Origin: Spirochaetales bacterium
GTDB lineage: Bacteria > Spirochaetota > Spirochaetia > Treponematales > Treponemataceae
Direction: 5' to 3'
Assembly: GCA_003246765.1 (NCBI GenBank)
Contig: QKDA01000231.1
Location: forward strand, 25 to 64,024
Length of the DNA stretch: 64,000 bases
In this document: positions 8,346-16,324 of the stretch, piece by piece
How positions within the stretch are numbered: position 1 is the first letter of the stretch
How the letters are laid out: the number at the start of each line of letters is the position of its first letter
The notes under the pieces: generated by a model
The model's database searches: none
What the model was told of the DNA's origin: nothing
What the model saw: only the letters and a program-made list of their open reading frames with translations
Program-made: the position numbers and the translations under genes

Positions 8346-8382
8346 GGAACAATCGGGTATTCTGTTATCCGATTGTTCCTTT
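8346..8382 (+). terminator. Hairpin after the 46-aa ORF
   Basis: GGAACAATCGG (8346-8356) pairs with CCGATTGTTCC (8369-8379) around a 12-nt loop. It is followed only by TTT, so it is a weak intrinsic terminator. Confidence 0.4.
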
Positions 8383-8407
8383 GCGCTTAAGGACGAATTT
8401 TCGGGGC

Positions 8408-9772
8408 TTAACGAATTTCGTGTATCTTTAGCTTGTACGAAAGGACCCTCTCGGATATCCCCAAAAGTTTCGCTGCTGATTTTTGATTGCCCGACGTCCT
8501 GGTCATCGCTTGGGTTATAAGGCGGTATTCCGCATCCTTCAGCTTAATTCCCTCAGGCGGCAGCTTAATGTACTCGTTATCCGCGGGAATCGGGGCAAAT
8601 CCATCAGCTTGATCGAAAAGCAAATCCAGGTCGTTGATCTGTATCACCGGGCCATCAGACAATAACACGGCCCGGTCCAGGGTGTTTTCCATCTCGCGGA
8701 TATTTCCGGGCCAACGGTAATTCGTCAGCCTCTGTATCGCTTCCGGGGAGAATCCCTTGATCTTCTTTTTCATTTTCGTATTAGAGAGCTTGAGGAAATA
8801 CATGAGGAGCAGGCTTACGTCTCCTTCCCGTTCCCTCAGGGCTGGCAGCCGTATGGTTATCACGTTAAGCCGGTAGAAAAGGTCTTCGCGAAAATGACCG
8901 CTCGCGATCATGGACGTCAGGTTCTTGTTGGTCGCCGACAGGATTCGCACGTCGGTCTTTTTTGTCTCGTTCGACCCGAGTCGCTCGAACTCCTTTTGTT
9001 GGAGCACGCGAAGCAGTTTCGCCTGCGTGACGAGCGAGAGATCGGCAACCTCGTCGAGAAACAGGGTCCCTCCGTCCGCGTATTCGAATCGGCCTACCCT
9101 GGTCCGGTCCGCCCCCGTGAAGGCGCCGCGTTCGTAACCGAACAACTCGCTTTCCAGAAGCTGTTCCGGAAGCGCTGCGCAATTGACCTTAACGTACGGT
9201 CCTTCGGACCGTAAGCTTTTTTCGTGTATTATCTGGGCTATCAGGTCTTTGCCCGTGCCGGTTTCGCCTAGGAGAAGGACGCTAACGTCGGTTCGGCTTA
9301 CCCTCTCTACTTTCCTGAATATCTCCGTGACCGCGGCGCTTTGCCCGATGAACTTCCCGTAGTAGGCCATGCCGCGTTCCGACATTTCTTCCTGGTTTAT
9401 TGCCTTTCGTTTGTTCTCGAAAGCCCGCTTAACCTGGAAATAAAGCTCGGCATCGTAATACGGCTTTTGGACCAGGCGAAAAACGTAAGAGGATGCCTGA
9501 TCCAATTCATGGGTGACGTCGATATTGTTCGGGCAAAGGACTATTATCGCGCATTCGGGCATTTTGCGCTTCAGATCCGGAAGCAACGATTTGATATCGA
9601 TGTCGGGAATGGAATAATCGACGATCAAAACGTCGTAGCTGTCAACTTCGACGAGCGATTCAAGCGCGAGAAAATTTGCCGCGTAGTCGACTTGATGGTC
9701 GAGCACGTTAAAGAACTGGCGAATGTGATCGTAGTTTTCTTCGTTGTTATCGATTATCAGTATCTTTCCCAT
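8408..9772 (-). CDS. Sigma-54-dependent response regulator (NtrC family enhancer-binding protein)
   Basis: Receiver domain (VLIVDYSIPD), AAA+ sigma-54 interaction domain (GETGTGKDLIA, ESELFGYERGAFTGA) and a C-terminal Fis-type HTH (SAAKLLGISERVLSYKLK). Confidence 0.9.
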   Translation of the reverse strand: MGKILIIDNNEENYDHIRQFFNVLDHQVDYAANFLALESLVEVDSYDVLIVDYSIPDIDIKSLLPDLKRKMPECAIIVLCPNNIDVTHELDQASSYVFRLVQKPYYDAELYFQVKRAFENKRKAINQEEMSERGMAYYGKFIGQSAAVTEIFRKVERVSRTDVSVLLLGETGTGKDLIAQIIHEKSLRSEGPYVKVNCAALPEQLLESELFGYERGAFTGADRTRVGRFEYADGGTLFLDEVADLSLVTQAKLLRVLQQKEFERLGSNETKKTDVRILSATNKNLTSMIASGHFREDLFYRLNVITIRLPALREREGDVSLLLMYFLKLSNTKMKKKIKGFSPEAIQRLTNYRWPGNIREMENTLDRAVLLSDGPVIQINDLDLLFDQADGFAPIPADNEYIKLPPEGIKLKDAEYRLITQAMTRTSGNQKSAAKLLGISERVLSYKLKIHEIR

Positions 9773-9941
9773 CTTTGCGTCCTTGGGAAAGCATATCTCA
9801 ATTTAAGGAGACAATCCTGAAAAGAGCGGTTAATATGACCGTTTTGGTATAGAATTATAGGGCGGAGGAGACATTACGAAAACGTTAACGCTAGATGACC
9901 TACAGAGAATCAGTTTTTTTTCGAACCTATCGTCGTTTGAT

Positions 9942-12440
9942 TTGCAGCAGATCGCGGAAATAGTGCAGGAACGGGAGTTCGGTCCTGACGAATTGATATT
10001 TGCGGAAAAAACGGAAGCCCATCATTTTTATATAATCGTCAGGGGCAAGGTAGAGATATCGAAGCTTTTTGAGGACGGCGAAAGGGCCGTTTTGTGCATT
10101 TTAAGCGACGGGGCCTTCTTCGGCGAAATCGCCTTACTCGACGAGGGGAAGCGTTCTTCCACCGTCACGGCGATCGAGCCCACGCTCGTCCTCATGATCT
10201 CGAAGGCAGATTTTGAGGGCTTGCTGTTTAGCGCCCCGGTTTTGACCCACCATATAATGCGCGAGCTGGGGTCTAGATTGCGTGAAACCGACGCGTTGCT
10301 GATATCGCACCTGACGCACAGGAATAAACAGTTATATCGCGCGTACATCGACACCATGACCCTTATCATCGATACGATAGAGTCGAGGAATATGCTTCCC
10401 GCGAGACAGAGCGCCAGGGTTACCGCGCTGGCGCTGGAATTGGGGAGGCAATTAGGCCTTGGCGAGATGGATCTTTTCCTCCTCGAGCTCAGCGCCCTTC
10501 TTCATGATCTCGGCATGTACACTATCCCTGACGAAACGCTGAACGCGAAATCAGTCTTGTCCGACGACGAGTTATCGACGATCCAGGCGCACAGCACAGA
10601 AAGCGCCAATATGGTTTCCTCGATTCCGATGCTACAGAAAATAATCCCTTTGATACGGCATCACCATGAGTGGTACAATGGGGGCGGTTATCCGGGCAAA
10701 ATCGGGGGGCGCGCCATACCGCGCGTAAGCCGGATCCTGGCGATCGCCGACGCCTACGTATCGATGACGGGGAATAGGCCGTACAGGGATAAAATGTCGA
10801 GAAATGAGGCGCTTGACGAAATACGCCGGCTTTCGGGGTCGCAGTTCGATCCCGAGTTTTCGGAGGTCTTCCTGAAGATGATGGGCACGAATATCCTGGA
10901 CCCGTTGAGCGGGATCGATGAATTGCAAAAAAAATTTACGGAGAAAGAAATGAATTTGGCTGACTACCTCTTGGTAAACGGGAAGGATGGCGATATCGCG
11001 GTCATTGACGGCGATCATCGGGTAACTTACGCTGAATTGAGGGACAAGGCAGGCTTGATCGCCGCTCAATTGAGCGAACGCGGATTGAAACCCGGGGATG
11101 CCGTGGGTATTCTCGGCCAGAACTCGGTGTTCTGGGTCGCCTCTTACCTCGCCGTACTGAAACTTTCCCTCATCGCGGTTCCTTTCTCGATTCTGTTGAC
11201 TCCCGAGGAGATATCGAGAAACGCGGAATGGGCCAAGTGCAAGGGCGTGCTGATGGATCGGCGCCAACAGAAAAAGTTCGACGGCGCGTTTCCCCCCGCG
11301 CTACCCCGGTTGCTTGACGATATCCTTGACGGGCCCGGGAAACCGCTTTGGCCCCATGCCTCGTCCTCCTTCGACACCCAAGCCGCCGCCGCCTACATGT
11401 TCACTTCGGGTACCACATCGAGGCCCAAGGCCGTCAGGATAACCCACGCCAATATCCAAAGCAATACGGCCAGCATAATCGAGTATCTCAGTCTCGCCAA
11501 AAGCGATCGCATGCTGGTTATTTTACCGTTCTTCTACTGTTTCGGCACGTCGCTCCTGCATACGCACCTGAGGGTCGGGGGGAGCGTGGTTATATGCAAT
11601 AGCTTCACCTTCCCCGAAATGGCGCTCGACCTGATGCAGCGTGAAGAGTGCACCGGTTTTGCCGGAGTTCCCTCCTCGTACCAGCTCCTCTTGAGGATAA
11701 GCACCTTTAAAACCCGGGAATTCCCGAAGTTGCGCCTGTTACAGCAAGCGGGGGGGAAATTGCATTCGGTATTGCTCGAGGAGTTGATGGAAAGCAAGCC
11801 AAACGTAAGGATCTTCGTGATGTACGGACAAACCGAGGCAACGGCGCGCTTGTCCTATTTACCGCCCGAAATGCTGCGGGATAAAATCGGTTCCATCGGC
11901 AGGGGAATCCCGGGCGTAACGCTCAGGGTTATGGGCGAGAACGGCGAGCCCGTGAAGCCGGGAGCGATTGGCGAAATTTATGCCCGCGGCGGGAATATAT
12001 CGCCCGGGTATTTAAACGATCCCGAGAGTACTGCCGCGAAATTCGTGGATGGGGAGCTTCATACGGGCGATTTGGCGATGCAGGACGAACAGGGATACAT
12101 CTTCGTGGTCGACCGAAAGGAAGACTTCATCAAGTCCTGGGGTTATCGGGTCAGCAGCCAGGAAGTCGAAAGCTGCGTGCTCGGCTTGCCGAACGTGGTT
12201 TCCGCCGCCGCGGTGGGCATTCCGGACTTGAGCGCCGGGGAATCGATCCACGTGTTCATCACGGTCAAACCGGGAACGGCCGTGAACGAAGAAACGGTAA
12301 TCGCAAGATGCCGCTCCCGCCTTGGAAAGCACATGATTCCGCAAAAGGTTCACGTAATAAAGGCGATGCCGCTAAATTCCAACGGGAAGGTGATGAAAAC
12401 CGCCTTAAGGCAAATGGCCAACGATGCCGGGGAGGGCTGA
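9942..12440 (+). CDS. Triple-domain fusion: cNMP-binding, HD-GYP, and AMP-forming acyl/aminoacyl ligase
   Basis: cNMP block FGEIALLDEGKRSSTVTA. HD-GYP blocks LLHDLGMY and HHHEWYNGGGYPGK. Adenylate-forming blocks MFTSGTTSRPKAV, YGQTEA and GDLAMQDEQGYIFVVDRKEDFIKSWGYRVS. TTG 9942 is the first canonical start, but the domain appears to begin upstream (frame open from 9861; see finding). Confidence 0.85.
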   Translation: MQQIAEIVQEREFGPDELIFAEKTEAHHFYIIVRGKVEISKLFEDGERAVLCILSDGAFFGEIALLDEGKRSSTVTAIEPTLVLMISKADFEGLLFSAPVLTHHIMRELGSRLRETDALLISHLTHRNKQLYRAYIDTMTLIIDTIESRNMLPARQSARVTALALELGRQLGLGEMDLFLLELSALLHDLGMYTIPDETLNAKSVLSDDELSTIQAHSTESANMVSSIPMLQKIIPLIRHHHEWYNGGGYPGKIGGRAIPRVSRILAIADAYVSMTGNRPYRDKMSRNEALDEIRRLSGSQFDPEFSEVFLKMMGTNILDPLSGIDELQKKFTEKEMNLADYLLVNGKDGDIAVIDGDHRVTYAELRDKAGLIAAQLSERGLKPGDAVGILGQNSVFWVASYLAVLKLSLIAVPFSILLTPEEISRNAEWAKCKGVLMDRRQQKKFDGAFPPALPRLLDDILDGPGKPLWPHASSSFDTQAAAAYMFTSGTTSRPKAVRITHANIQSNTASIIEYLSLAKSDRMLVILPFFYCFGTSLLHTHLRVGGSVVICNSFTFPEMALDLMQREECTGFAGVPSSYQLLLRISTFKTREFPKLRLLQQAGGKLHSVLLEELMESKPNVRIFVMYGQTEATARLSYLPPEMLRDKIGSIGRGIPGVTLRVMGENGEPVKPGAIGEIYARGGNISPGYLNDPESTAAKFVDGELHTGDLAMQDEQGYIFVVDRKEDFIKSWGYRVSSQEVESCVLGLPNVVSAAAVGIPDLSAGESIHVFITVKPGTAVNEETVIARCRSRLGKHMIPQKVHVIKAMPLNSNGKVMKTALRQMANDAGEG

Positions 12441-12441
12441 C

Positions 12442-13257
12442 ATGTCGTTCGCGCGAGGTAACCTAATAAAGACAGTCGTCATGATCTGCATGTCCGTATC
12501 GCTTACGGCATGCAAGGCGGATATTACGGGGGATGATTCGATGTTAAGCACCGTTCTCGGCAAGCTTCAGGATAGGGCCGTTTTTTTTGGGCATCAATCG
12601 GTCGGGCTGAATATTCTCGACGGGCTACGTGAGACATCAAAAAGGCTCGGGGCCGCCGAACCGGAGATCATCGAGACGCGGTCGCCTCCCGCTCAACGGG
12701 TACCGGGCGTCTACCACGCGATGATAGGCCAGAACGAAAGACCGCTCGAAAAAATAGCCGATTACGAATCGATCATGAGGGGCGGCATGGCCGAAGTTGT
12801 GGACGTTTCCTTCATGAAATTCTGCTATGTCGATTTTAACGAGAAAACCGATACGGAGTCCCTCTTTGAGGCGTATCGGAGTGTCATGTCCGGACTCGAG
12901 CGGGATTATCCGAATGTAACGTTCGTTTACCTGACGGTTCCCCTTCGGGCGGAGAGCCTCAAGGATCGTGTCAAGAATATCCTCGGCAGGTCGACTGACT
13001 CGCGCGAGGCAAACCTGAACCGGGAACGCTTCAACAGGCTGGTGAGGGCCGAGTACGCGGGAAAAAACCCGTTCTTCGACCTGGCCCTGGCGGAAGCCTC
13101 CTCGCGGAACGGAAACGTTATCGCGAGGAGATTCTCCGGGGAAACCTATTACTTGCTGCGGCGCGAATATACCGAAGATTTTGGCCACCTGAACGGTGAG
13201 GGTCGCTCTCGGGTAGTCGCCGCCATGTTGAGCGCTTTCTCGGGCTTCCTGGATTGA
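12442..13257 (+). CDS. Lipoprotein with an SGNH-like hydrolase/acyltransferase fold (tentative)
   Basis: ATG lies 1 nt after the ligase stop. Lipobox SLTAC. Blocks FFGHQSVG, IGQN and DFGHLNG are in the order of SGNH blocks I, III and V. It is paralogous to the C-terminus of the 4456-6432 product. Confidence 0.55.
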   Translation: MSFARGNLIKTVVMICMSVSLTACKADITGDDSMLSTVLGKLQDRAVFFGHQSVGLNILDGLRETSKRLGAAEPEIIETRSPPAQRVPGVYHAMIGQNERPLEKIADYESIMRGGMAEVVDVSFMKFCYVDFNEKTDTESLFEAYRSVMSGLERDYPNVTFVYLTVPLRAESLKDRVKNILGRSTDSREANLNRERFNRLVRAEYAGKNPFFDLALAEASSRNGNVIARRFSGETYYLLRREYTEDFGHLNGEGRSRVVAAMLSAFSGFLD

Positions 13258-13268
13258 TTCATCCGCGT

Positions 13269-14801
13269 TTACCGCGCGAGAACGAAGAACGTAAGCAGCG
13301 TTATCGAGAGGGATACCACCGAAGCAAGGACGGGAACCCTTCGCTCGAGACCGTATAGCAAACTGTTCTCCTTGACGTGAATTTGGTCACCTGCCTGGAT
13401 AGGCTCTCCTTTTTTCCGCCTGTTCCCGTTTTGATCGTAAACGATGCAGGAACGGAAGTCGTTTCTCCACGGGTCAACGCCGCCGGCGAGGATCAAGTAA
13501 TAATTAGCCGGGGCGTTTGGCCGATACGGAACCATACCCGGCGCGTACACCGCTCCGGAAACCAGGACGGTGGTACTCACTTCCGGAATAACGATGCGGT
13601 ATCCCTCGGAAAGCTGCACGTCCGTTGACATATCGGTTCCGCTGAGGAGGGACGTGATGTCCACTCGGGAGCCCACCAGGGAATTGGGATGAAAGAGCAC
13701 CGCGGAAGAGAGATCGGCCATGGGGAGAAACCCTCCCCGAATTTCCTGCAATACGTCGGAGAGCAGCTGGCCTTCCCTGATCGGGTAGGAAAACCGCCCT
13801 CCGGTACCGGATGCGGGGGCATCCTGTCCCGTCGCGGCGCCCGTAACCCCGGACCCCTGCATGCGAACCGGTTCGTCGCCAGCGGCGTTTTCCCTCGCCG
13901 GGGCCGTAACGGAACCCTCGAACCAGATGCGTGAAAATTGATCGGACTTTGCCCTGACGATCACGCGGTCTCCGTCCTCCAGGACGATCCTGCTTTGATA
14001 GGCGTCGGGAATCGAAACGTAAACGCTTTCCGCGGTCGAGCCGGCGGACCGGTCAATACGAACTCGTTTTCCGTCAGCCTGACTCGTCAGGCCGCCGGCG
14101 AATACCTCGACCAATTGGTATATTCCTTCGGAGCCGAGAATCTCGTAATTTCCGGGTTTTCTGACTTCTCCCTGAATCTCCACCGTTTTGGCCGGAGGGT
14201 GGAGAATAACGGTGTCGCCCGGATGCATCAACGGATCGAGCCCGGGGTCTTGCAGAAGCTTGGCGTTAACCAGATCGTATAAGCTTGAATGGCCTTCCTG
14301 CGTGAGAATTTCTATCCTGCGCGACGAGTAGGAGGTGGATTCCAGCTGGGATACGATATCCCCGAGCCGCGAAAGGCCCCAGGCCTGGACGTACTGTACA
14401 GGCGAAGTTCCCTCCGAAACCTTTACGCGAAAGGTTCCTGGCATGATGATCGAGAGATACGGCTGGCTGAACGGGTATTTCTTCACGATTAGCGCCTCTA
14501 CCTCCCTTTTGGTTTCGATGAACGTCTTGCCGTTTGACTCGTATTTGCCGAAAGAACCCAGATCCAGCACGAGGCTTTCGTCCACCAACAAGTCCGAATT
14601 TACCACCGTCCCGCCGGTTTGGCGGTAGCTAAGGCGGTATTGGTCTCCGAAGGTCACCGGATAATCAAGGCTCGTCAGGGCGATGCTCAGATGATCCTCG
14701 GTGTTCGAGGCCGGTTGCGGTGCCGTCTGTTGGGCGGCCGCACTGAACGGGTTACTGAGGGCGAGTATGAGTAAGGCGTAAACTATATTTTTGGTGCGCA
14801 T
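13269..14801 (-). CDS. Polysaccharide export protein (Wza/SLBB type)
   Basis: Signal peptide MRTKNIVYALLILALSNPFSAAAQ after RBS AAAGGAG. Recurrent xGDxIxV blocks typical of Poly_export/SLBB domains (HPGDTVIL, EDGDRVIV, QAGDQIHV). C-terminal TM helix. Confidence 0.7.
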   Translation of the reverse strand: MRTKNIVYALLILALSNPFSAAAQQTAPQPASNTEDHLSIALTSLDYPVTFGDQYRLSYRQTGGTVVNSDLLVDESLVLDLGSFGKYESNGKTFIETKREVEALIVKKYPFSQPYLSIIMPGTFRVKVSEGTSPVQYVQAWGLSRLGDIVSQLESTSYSSRRIEILTQEGHSSLYDLVNAKLLQDPGLDPLMHPGDTVILHPPAKTVEIQGEVRKPGNYEILGSEGIYQLVEVFAGGLTSQADGKRVRIDRSAGSTAESVYVSIPDAYQSRIVLEDGDRVIVRAKSDQFSRIWFEGSVTAPARENAAGDEPVRMQGSGVTGAATGQDAPASGTGGRFSYPIREGQLLSDVLQEIRGGFLPMADLSSAVLFHPNSLVGSRVDITSLLSGTDMSTDVQLSEGYRIVIPEVSTTVLVSGAVYAPGMVPYRPNAPANYYLILAGGVDPWRNDFRSCIVYDQNGNRRKKGEPIQAGDQIHVKENSLLYGLERRVPVLASVVSLSITLLTFFVLAR

Positions 14802-14894
14802 CGCGGAATTCCTTTCTCCTTTACGGTCCAAGGCCGACGGTAACTGGTACGCCAGTTATCTTTCTGGTATCTTGTATCAATTCGAGGATACTAC

Positions 14895-15302
14895 ATGATT
14901 ATTGGAACAGGAACGGACATTTTGTCTACCCTTCGGGTGAAAGAATTGATGGATACAGCGGGGAGCTCCTTTATAGAACGCTGTTTCACCGCCTCGGAAC
15001 GGGAATACTGTTCCGGGAAACTGAAGCCCTGGCTCCATTTCGCGGCGAGGCTTGCCGCGAAGGAAGCCGTTATCAAAACCTTGAGGCTGCCTGCCTCGGA
15101 CGGAGTCCGACTCCGCGAGGCCGAGATCGTCCTGGACGGGAATCACGCTCCCGGCGTGATCCTTCACGGGAAGTTGCTCGCGCGGGCAAGGGAGCTTAAC
15201 GTGGGGACCATGCACGTATCCCTCTCGCATTCCGATGAATACGCCACCGCCACGGCGCTAGCCGAGGCGGCGGAACCGGGCAAGACTGTCAATGGACGGT
15301 GA
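14895..15302 (+). CDS. acpS: Holo-ACP synthase (4'-phosphopantetheinyl transferase)
   Basis: MIIGTGTDIL..., FTASEREYC, FAARLAAKEAVIKTL and HVSLSHSDEYATA match the AcpS family pattern over about 125 aa. Confidence 0.85.
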   Translation: MIIGTGTDILSTLRVKELMDTAGSSFIERCFTASEREYCSGKLKPWLHFAARLAAKEAVIKTLRLPASDGVRLREAEIVLDGNHAPGVILHGKLLARARELNVGTMHVSLSHSDEYATATALAEAAEPGKTVNGR

Positions 15303-16284
15303 TTTCCGGAACCTTGCCGAATAACACCGGTTGCCGGTGAAGGTATTCGGTCGTTTTGCGTTTCTGTTCGATGTCCCGGTACACGCGCAAAAGTTGTTCC
15401 TCGGAGATACCGACCGCCGCCGCCACCTCGTTGACGGGAACCCCGTTGTTCTTTCCGAGAAGGCAAAGGTCCATCAAGGAATTCGGGAGGGAGAAGTAAA
15501 ACTCTTCCTGGGATTGAGACAGCGAGTAGGTGTCGGTCGTCGAGGGCCGCTTCCTGATTTCCTCAGGCACGCCCAGGTATTCCGCGAGCTGGTACACCTG
15601 CGTTTTATAGAGATGGGCAATCGGCTTGAAATCCGCCGAACCGTCGCCGAGTTTTACGAAAAAGCCCTGATCGTATTCAAGCCGGTTCGGGGTGCCGATT
15701 ACGGCGTAATTAAGCCTGTCGGCATGATAGTATTCCATCATTTTGCGCGTGCGCTGCTTGAAGTTCGTCGCCGCGACGATACCCAAATAGGCCTCTGTAC
15801 TCAGGCGGACCTTGGTCTGTTTCCCGCTCGGGTCCTGGACGATGATCGAGTAGATGCGGAACGAATCGGAATCGATAACGCTCGGCAGGACGATTTTCAT
15901 CTTGTAGCCCGGCCCGAATTCGGGATAAACGAGGCGAATCGCATCGTCGCGCCGGCGGTAACAGCCGCATGCCTCGAGAAGCGGCGAAATTTCCTCTACC
16001 GCCGAATCGATGCCGAGGGAATTGGCCAAAAGGCGGCTGAGCGGGAGGGTTTCGGATGACGATTCCTTTTCCGGCATGTGCAAGCCGAAGACTTTATCCT
16101 TGCCGAGGGCACGAACGGCCAAGGCTCCCGAAACGCTGGAGTCTATGCCCCCCGACATGGCGATTATCGCGCCCTTTCTCTTGTTCTCGAGAAGATAGTC
16201 CCTGATTCCGTCGCAGATGCGTTTGGTTTCCTTCTCGGCGTCCAATCTCAGTGATTCCGGACCAAACTTTACTTTATCGCTCAT
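15289..16284 (-). CDS. NAD synthetase-like PP-loop ATP pyrophosphatase
   Basis: PP-loop AIIAMSGGIDSSV, NadE-like length and C-terminal blocks. Its 3' end overlaps acpS convergently by 14 nt. Confidence 0.7.
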   Translation of the reverse strand: MSDKVKFGPESLRLDAEKETKRICDGIRDYLLENKRKGAIIAMSGGIDSSVSGALAVRALGKDKVFGLHMPEKESSSETLPLSRLLANSLGIDSAVEEISPLLEACGCYRRRDDAIRLVYPEFGPGYKMKIVLPSVIDSDSFRIYSIIVQDPSGKQTKVRLSTEAYLGIVAATNFKQRTRKMMEYYHADRLNYAVIGTPNRLEYDQGFFVKLGDGSADFKPIAHLYKTQVYQLAEYLGVPEEIRKRPSTTDTYSLSQSQEEFYFSLPNSLMDLCLLGKNNGVPVNEVAAAVGISEEQLLRVYRDIEQKRKTTEYLHRQPVLFGKVPEITVH

Positions 16285-16324
16285 TTTGTTTCTCCTTACA
16301 GTATGGCTTTATCTGTTGAAGCTC

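Noticed and set aside
14842-14857. AACTGG-tacg-CCAGTT palindrome in the wza/acpS divergent region that resembles a sigma-54 promoter on both strands (TGGCGT-N5-TTAC and TGGTAC-N5-TTAT).
   Set aside because: The invariant -12 GC is absent on both strands. It may be a regulator-binding palindrome, but I cannot support a sigma-54 promoter call.
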